Below are positions 25,824 to 26,146 of a stretch of 26,146 bases of DNA, piece after piece. The DNA is from a virus (Duplodnaviria; Caudoviricetes): IMG/VR virus record IMGVR_UViG_3300024283_000178, positions 1-26,146 of that record; one strand, given 5' to 3'. Under the pieces are notes generated by a model. The model was not told the DNA's origin and did no database searches. It worked only from the letters and a program-made list of their open reading frames with translations. Positions within the stretch are counted from its first letter, which is position 1; the number at the start of each line of letters is the position of its first letter. A program made the position numbers and the translations under genes.

Positions 25824-26146
25824 TTATTTTTCCTGTTGGGCTTTCCACGCTTTGTATTCTGCCACTGGATCGCCCATCGTTGGTGTTGGCAAATCGTCCG
25901 CCGACTGCGCGGACTTCCATTTTTTATATTCTTCAACAGCATCAACGGGCGCGGGAACGTGAATTGGCGGCTTGATGGGGGTTCCCGTCTGGATTTTTTC
26001 TACTTGAACCGCAGTCAGCGTAGATCCGCAGTGCATACATTTTTTTGCGTCATCCGGCACCCGGCCCTTGCAGTCGGGACATTGCCGGCGTTGATCAGGA
26101 AGGAATGCAGCGCCAACCAGCCCGACCGGTCCGAGCAAAGCACCCA
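25824..26146 (-). CDS. Membrane-anchored zinc-ribbon protein (5'-truncated by window edge)
   Basis: LLGPVGLVGAAFL hydrophobic segment, CPDC-x10-CMHC, duplicated D.V.EYK.WK..Q motif. Confidence 0.7.
   Translation of the reverse strand, partial: GALLGPVGLVGAAFLPDQRRQCPDCKGRVPDDAKKCMHCGSTLTAVQVEKIQTGTPIKPPIHVPAPVDAVEEYKKWKSAQSADDLPTPTMGDPVAEYKAWKAQQEK

Larger units (their letters stand above)
1467..26146 (-). mobile_element. Mu-like prophage, late (lysis/head/tail) region; continues beyond the right edge; left boundary tentative
   Basis: About 28 co-oriented, tightly coupled genes including Mu gp28-type terminase, DUF935-type portal, gpI-type protease, gp36-like adaptor; no transposase or integrase in the window. 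Confidence 0.9.

Noticed and set aside
2028-25975. Many plus-strand ORFs of up to about 270 aa (e.g. 13004-13828, 16565-17365, 22510-23283)
   Set aside because: All are antisense to well-supported phage genes or motif-free; typical high-GC shadow ORFs
1467-26146. Gene transfer agent, tailocin or contractile injection system
   Set aside because: Complete Mu-type packaging and head genes are present and no sheath is seen; domestication cannot be fully excluded without the early region

Overview
Positions 1-1261 (+) are the 3' end of a host smc gene, followed by two REP-like palindromic elements. Almost all the rest (about 1467-26146, minus strand) is the apparently intact late region of a Mu-like prophage. 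In transcription order it holds a structured non-coding region, a lipoprotein, a small TM peptide, a class 3 lipase, gp25/gp26-like genes, TerS, TerL, portal, protease with nested scaffold, cement, major capsid, head-tail genes, a tube without a recognisable sheath, a short tape measure, and hub/fibre genes. Three things stand out. (i) Four genes in the tail module start with Sec-type signal peptides and are TN-rich; three of them carry tail-fibre-like motifs and two carry an STNL-W motif that I associate with Verrucomicrobiota exported proteins. (ii) The gene after the capsid gene fuses a charged head-type domain to an internal signal peptide and an exported-type domain. (iii) A lipase, and no recognisable endolysin, sits in the lysis position. 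Together these suggest a tailed phage with a membrane/export-coupled assembly or egress route. This is a hypothesis. All family assignments come from motif recognition and gene order, not database searches, and the host assignment (Verrucomicrobiota) is an inference.
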